Below, piece by piece: positions 60,158 through 64,000 of a stretch of 64,000 bases of DNA. The DNA comes from an uncultured delta proteobacterium (GTDB lineage: Bacteria > Desulfobacterota > Syntrophorhabdia > Syntrophorhabdales > WCHB1-27). A program made the position numbers and the translations under genes. The DNA is taken from assembly GCA_963810935.1 (NCBI GenBank), contig CAWEPK010000008.1:192001-256000 (forward strand), given 5' to 3'. Below the pieces are notes generated by a model. That model was not told the DNA's origin, did not search any database, and saw nothing but the letters and a program-made list of their open reading frames with translations. Numbering within the stretch: position 1 is the stretch's first letter; every line of letters starts with the position of its first letter.

Positions 60158-61120
60158 TTACCAGAGCCTGTCAGGATAAACCATCTCGTCCGGCCGCAAG
60201 ACCCGGTCGAGGGACTTCATGATCGCTCTCCGCACTAGGACTTCCACCAGTTCCCTGCGATACCACGCGTCTCCCCGTACGTCGTCTATCGGCGACGATT
60301 CGGATGCCGCGACCTGCGCCGCGGCGGCAACGGCCTCGTCGGAGAGAACGCGGCCCTTGAGCATATCTTCAGCTTTTCTCGCCCTCAGAGGACGGGGCGC
60401 AACTGCGGCCATTGCTATGCGTATGTCCTTGCAGCGCACCTCCTCGTCACCGAAATGGGAGAGTATCTCGGAGGCAGGCGCCATGCTGCATAGCATGTCC
60501 TTGCAGCGAACGTCCGTCCTGTCCAGGGTGAGCCGCACGGCGACGGCTGCGATGGGCAGGTCCACGGCGTTTCTCCTCGCCTGCCTTATATACGCCGACC
60601 CTGTATAGTCGTCTGTCTCCGGCACACGCAGCTCTTTAAGGATCTCGCCCCTCTTCAGCACTGTCATGCCCGGTCCCAGGAAAAAATCATCGAGGCTTAC
60701 GCGCCGCTCGCCTTCGGGTCCCACTATGACCCCTTCCGCGTCCAACACGAGAAGCGGGCAGGCAGTGTCGGCCGAAGGCGCGGCATTGCAGATATTGCCT
60801 CCGATGGTAGCCACGTTCCTTATCTGCGTCGACCCTACGTTGCACACAGCGTCGTGGAGGGCCGAGAGGCGCTTCTGAGCGTGCTCGTTCTTTTGGATCT
60901 CCCTGTGAGTCACGCAGGCGCCGATGGAAAGCCCGTTCAGCACGGACAACTCCTTTATGCTCCTGAGCGACGTCAGCGCCTTCACGGAAAGTCTCTTCTG
61001 CCTGAGGAGCACCATCACGTCAGTGCCGCCCGCTATGTATGCAGCGTCGCCGCTGAATCGCCCCATTAGATCGAGCGCCTCCGAAATGGAAGCGGGTTTA
61101 AAATACTCGAACCGAAGCAT
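60158..61120 (-). CDS. Xanthine dehydrogenase family FAD-binding subunit
   Basis: IAGGTD, QIRNVATIGGNICNAAPSAD, PIDDVRG..WYR. Confidence 0.92.
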   Translation of the reverse strand: MLRFEYFKPASISEALDLMGRFSGDAAYIAGGTDVMVLLRQKRLSVKALTSLRSIKELSVLNGLSIGACVTHREIQKNEHAQKRLSALHDAVCNVGSTQIRNVATIGGNICNAAPSADTACPLLVLDAEGVIVGPEGERRVSLDDFFLGPGMTVLKRGEILKELRVPETDDYTGSAYIRQARRNAVDLPIAAVAVRLTLDRTDVRCKDMLCSMAPASEILSHFGDEEVRCKDIRIAMAAVAPRPLRARKAEDMLKGRVLSDEAVAAAAQVAASESSPIDDVRGDAWYRRELVEVLVRRAIMKSLDRVLRPDEMVYPDRLW

Positions 61121-61183
61121 GTTAGTCCCCTCTCCTTCCGTCCGGCCGGAACGGCAATTTGCCCAATATCGCCAGACCCCGGC

Positions 61184-62476
61184 CTAATCCTCTCTAGTGT
61201 CGAATACCCTCTTAGTCTTTCTTTCGGACCTCGGAAGCTCGCCGTAGCCGCAGATCTCGCACTCGCAGCTCACCATGATCTGCTTCTTGACCAGCGCCTC
61301 GACCGCTTTCTTGCATGCGGCGTCTCCGCCGGGAGAGGCGCCTTTTCCCCTCTCGACCTTGATGGTCATGTAATCCTTTCCGTCGCCGGCCCTCTTCAGG
61401 TGCACCTGAAATTCGCTGCCTATGCCGGGGATGCCCGAAAGCACGTGGTCGATCTGGCCGGGATAAACGTTGACGGCCCTTATGATGAACATATCGTCCG
61501 AGCGGCCCAGGAAGCGGTCGTGCCTCGGCAGGATCGAGCCGCAGGGACAGGTCCCCGGTATGGCCCTCGTCAGGTCCCTCGTCCTGTACCTGATCAGGGG
61601 CGCGGCCTCTTTCCGCAGGGTGGTGACGACGAGCTCGCCGATTTCGCCTTCCGGCACCGGCTCCAGTGTCTCAGGGTCGAGGAACTCCGCTATGTAGTAG
61701 TCGGCCCAGTAGTGAATGCCCGTGTGATGGACGCAATCGAGGCCCGTGCCCGGACCGTAAAGCTCGGTCATCCCTGGGATGTCGAATATATCCTGTACGC
61801 CGAGCATTTCCCTGATCTTCGCCCGCATTGAGTCGCTCGACCGCTCCGAGCCGAAAATGACTTTCTTGAGGTTGATCTTATCCTTGATGCCCCTCTTCTC
61901 GACCTCTTCCGCCATGAGCAGACCCATAGACGCGGTGCAGCAGAGCACGGTGGTCTTGAAATCGACGAGGAACTCGCATTGCAGGTCGATGTTCCCCGGT
62001 CCTATGGGTATCGCCATCGCTCCGAAGCGCTCGCACCCTGCCTGGAACCCGACCCCGGCCGTCCACACGCCGTAACCGACGGCGATCTGCACGCTGTCCG
62101 CCGCAGTCAGCCCGGCCATCTCATAGCAGCGCGCAAAAAAATTGGCCCAGTCATCGATGTCGCGCGCAGTATAGGCAAGCACCTTGCGCTTACCCGTAGT
62201 GCCCGAGGACGCGTGTATCCTGACAACGTCCTCCATCGGAACGGAAAGGAGCGGGAAAGGATACCCCGCCTTGAGGTCGTTGGCCGTAGTAAAAGGCAAG
62301 CGCTTCAAGTCGTCCAGCGTCTTGATCTGCTCCGGCCTGACACCGGCGTCCTCTAATTTTTTCCTGTAAAACGGAGACCCCTTAAATGCGTGCTGCACCG
62401 TCCACTTCAAGCCCTCAAGCTGAAAGGCGAGCAACTCCTTCTCGGTCTTCTGAACCGGCATGAATGTCTTTCCCAT
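61184..62476 (-). CDS. paaK: Phenylacetate-CoA ligase family (aryl-acetate CoA ligase)
   Basis: VRIHASSGTTGK, PLIRYRTRD, GRSDDMFIIRAVNVYP; ATG 62476 with GAGGGGAG RBS. Confidence 0.85.
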   Translation of the reverse strand: MGKTFMPVQKTEKELLAFQLEGLKWTVQHAFKGSPFYRKKLEDAGVRPEQIKTLDDLKRLPFTTANDLKAGYPFPLLSVPMEDVVRIHASSGTTGKRKVLAYTARDIDDWANFFARCYEMAGLTAADSVQIAVGYGVWTAGVGFQAGCERFGAMAIPIGPGNIDLQCEFLVDFKTTVLCCTASMGLLMAEEVEKRGIKDKINLKKVIFGSERSSDSMRAKIREMLGVQDIFDIPGMTELYGPGTGLDCVHHTGIHYWADYYIAEFLDPETLEPVPEGEIGELVVTTLRKEAAPLIRYRTRDLTRAIPGTCPCGSILPRHDRFLGRSDDMFIIRAVNVYPGQIDHVLSGIPGIGSEFQVHLKRAGDGKDYMTIKVERGKGASPGGDAACKKAVEALVKKQIMVSCECEICGYGELPRSERKTKRVFDTRED

Positions 62477-62516
62477 GATAACTCCCCTCCACGAGAAATT
62501 GACCGGACGGGTTTTT

Positions 62517-64000
62517 CTAAAACAGGCTCGGCTCGTCGAACTCGCCGAAAATGTTGCGAAAAACACCCGTCATTTCACCAACCGTTGCGTAGGCCTTGCA
62601 GCACTCCACGAGGAAAGGCATGACGTTCTTCCCTTCCTTTGTGGCCTTTTCCAGATCACCGAGCGTCTTCGCGACGTCCCGGCTGCTCCTGCCGCGCCTG
62701 ACCTCTTTCAGGTCCTCTATCTGCTTGTTCGCCGACTCCGTATTGTATTCATGCAGCTCAACGTCCTGTGATTCTCCTTCCGTGTGGATGTTGACTCCGA
62801 CCTTTAGAAGCTCTCCGGACTGGATGCCCTTCTCGAAGTCGTATGCCTGCGCAGCCACGAGCCTCTGGATGTAACCCGTTGCGACCGCCTGCACGATGCC
62901 CCCCACTTTCTCTATGCTGGCCATCTCTTCTTCGATCTTTTGCTCCATCTCTTTCGTCAGCGTCTCGATGAAGTAGCTGCCTGCGAGCGGGTCCACCGTA
63001 TCGCGCAGCCCTATCTCGTCCATCAGAAGCTGGAGCGTGCGCAGCGAGATGATGGCCGAATGGGGCGTGGGAATGGTGTAAGCCTCGTCATAGCTGCAAA
63101 GGGCGATAGTCTGTGCGCCCGACAGGGCCGCGGCCAGGGCGTAATAGGCGCCCCGCATGATGTTGTTCTCGGGCTGCGCCTTCGTGAGGCCGTAACCCCC
63201 GCCCCCGAAGAGGCCCCGGAGATACATGTTCGAATCTTTCTTTACGCCGTATTTCTCTTTCAGGTTCCTTGCCCACATTTTCCTCGCCGCCCTGAACTTC
63301 GCCACCTGCTCCCACAGGTTGCCGAAGACGTTCAGGTTGAAGGAGAAGCGGCCGACGAAATCGTCCGCCTCGTACCCCCTCGCCAGCACGTTATCAATGT
63401 AGGCGTTCGCGATCAGGACGGCGCACGCGATCTCCTGCGCGGGCGTAGCCCCGGATTCCCTGATATGGTATCCGCACACGCTCACCGGGTTAGTCCTGGG
63501 CAGGACGTTCATCGAGTACTCGATGGTGTCGCCGATCAGCTTGACTGCGGGCTCCACGGGGAAAATCCACGAGCCCCTGCCGATCATCTCCTTCAATATG
63601 TCGTTCTGCGGCGTGGCGGAGATAACGGCCGGGCTGTAACCGAACTTCTCGGCGACCGCCTGGTACATGGCAAGCATGATCGAGGCGACCGCATTTATCG
63701 TGAGGCCGGACCCGATGCGCGCAAGGTCGATCTGGTTGAAGGCTACCTCGAAGTCACGGAGCGAATCGACCGCCATGCCCACGCGGCCCACCTCGCCCTC
63801 GGACATAGGGTCGTCCGAGTCGTAGCCCATCTGCGTGGGGAGGTCGAAGGCCACGTTGAGCCCCGTCTGCCCGTGCGAGATCATCAGCTTGAACCGCTCG
63901 TTCGTCTCGGCTGGCGTGCCGAAACCCGTATACTGGCGCGTCGTCCAGGCCCTGCTCCTGAAGCCCTGCGGGTGGATGCCCCGCGTGAACGGATACCGGC
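62517..64000 (-). CDS. Coenzyme B12-dependent acyl-CoA mutase, large subunit (5' end outside window)
   Basis: YPFTRGI, RQYTGFG, AFDLPTQMGYDSD, QNDILKE, GYHIRESGAT, VDPLAGSY, AYATVGE. Confidence 0.92.
   Translation of the reverse strand, partial: RYPFTRGIHPQGFRSRAWTTRQYTGFGTPAETNERFKLMISHGQTGLNVAFDLPTQMGYDSDDPMSEGEVGRVGMAVDSLRDFEVAFNQIDLARIGSGLTINAVASIMLAMYQAVAEKFGYSPAVISATPQNDILKEMIGRGSWIFPVEPAVKLIGDTIEYSMNVLPRTNPVSVCGYHIRESGATPAQEIACAVLIANAYIDNVLARGYEADDFVGRFSFNLNVFGNLWEQVAKFRAARKMWARNLKEKYGVKKDSNMYLRGLFGGGGYGLTKAQPENNIMRGAYYALAAALSGAQTIALCSYDEAYTIPTPHSAIISLRTLQLLMDEIGLRDTVDPLAGSYFIETLTKEMEQKIEEEMASIEKVGGIVQAVATGYIQRLVAAQAYDFEKGIQSGELLKVGVNIHTEGESQDVELHEYNTESANKQIEDLKEVRRGRSSRDVAKTLGDLEKATKEGKNVMPFLVECCKAYATVGEMTGVFRNIFGEFDEPSLF

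Noticed and set aside
57374..61120. 4-hydroxybenzoyl-CoA reductase (HcrCAB) assignment
   Set aside because: FAD subunit lacks the Cys-rich 4Fe-4S insert of HcrB; neighbouring hydantoinase and mutase fit a hydroxylase better.

Overview
GC-rich (roughly 60%) bacterial chromosomal segment, apparently from a Gram-negative strict anaerobe; gene content resembles a Syntrophorhabdus/Desulfobacterota-like organism (inference only). In order it carries: a DUF748 gene end, a cyclophilin, an Opp/Dpp ABC operon, an AbrB/VapC toxin-antitoxin pair, a fused MFS/spermidine-synthase gene and a DUF867 hydrolase. Next are two fluoride (crcB-motif) riboswitches, one ahead of a dynamin-like GTPase and one ahead of a cation:proton antiporter, each with a readable ON-switch expression platform. 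Then come an iron-sulfur flavoprotein plus B12-radical SAM pair, a candidate ~215-nt structured ncRNA, tolQRA-uppP facing a DedA/VTT + cis-prenyltransferase pair, a trehalose/glucosylglycerate/MscS osmostress cluster, bactofilin-M23 and two convergent RND efflux systems. The last ~17 kb is a minus-strand catabolic cluster (B12 mutase, aryl-acetate CoA ligase, xanthine-dehydrogenase-family Mo enzyme, hydantoinase A/B, indolepyruvate oxidoreductase with a degenerate extra alpha copy, two binding proteins) resembling the anaerobic indole-3-acetate pathway. Three genes carry single-base +1 frameshifts that may be assembly errors. No tRNA, rRNA, CRISPR array or transposase was seen. All homology calls are from motif recognition, not database searches.
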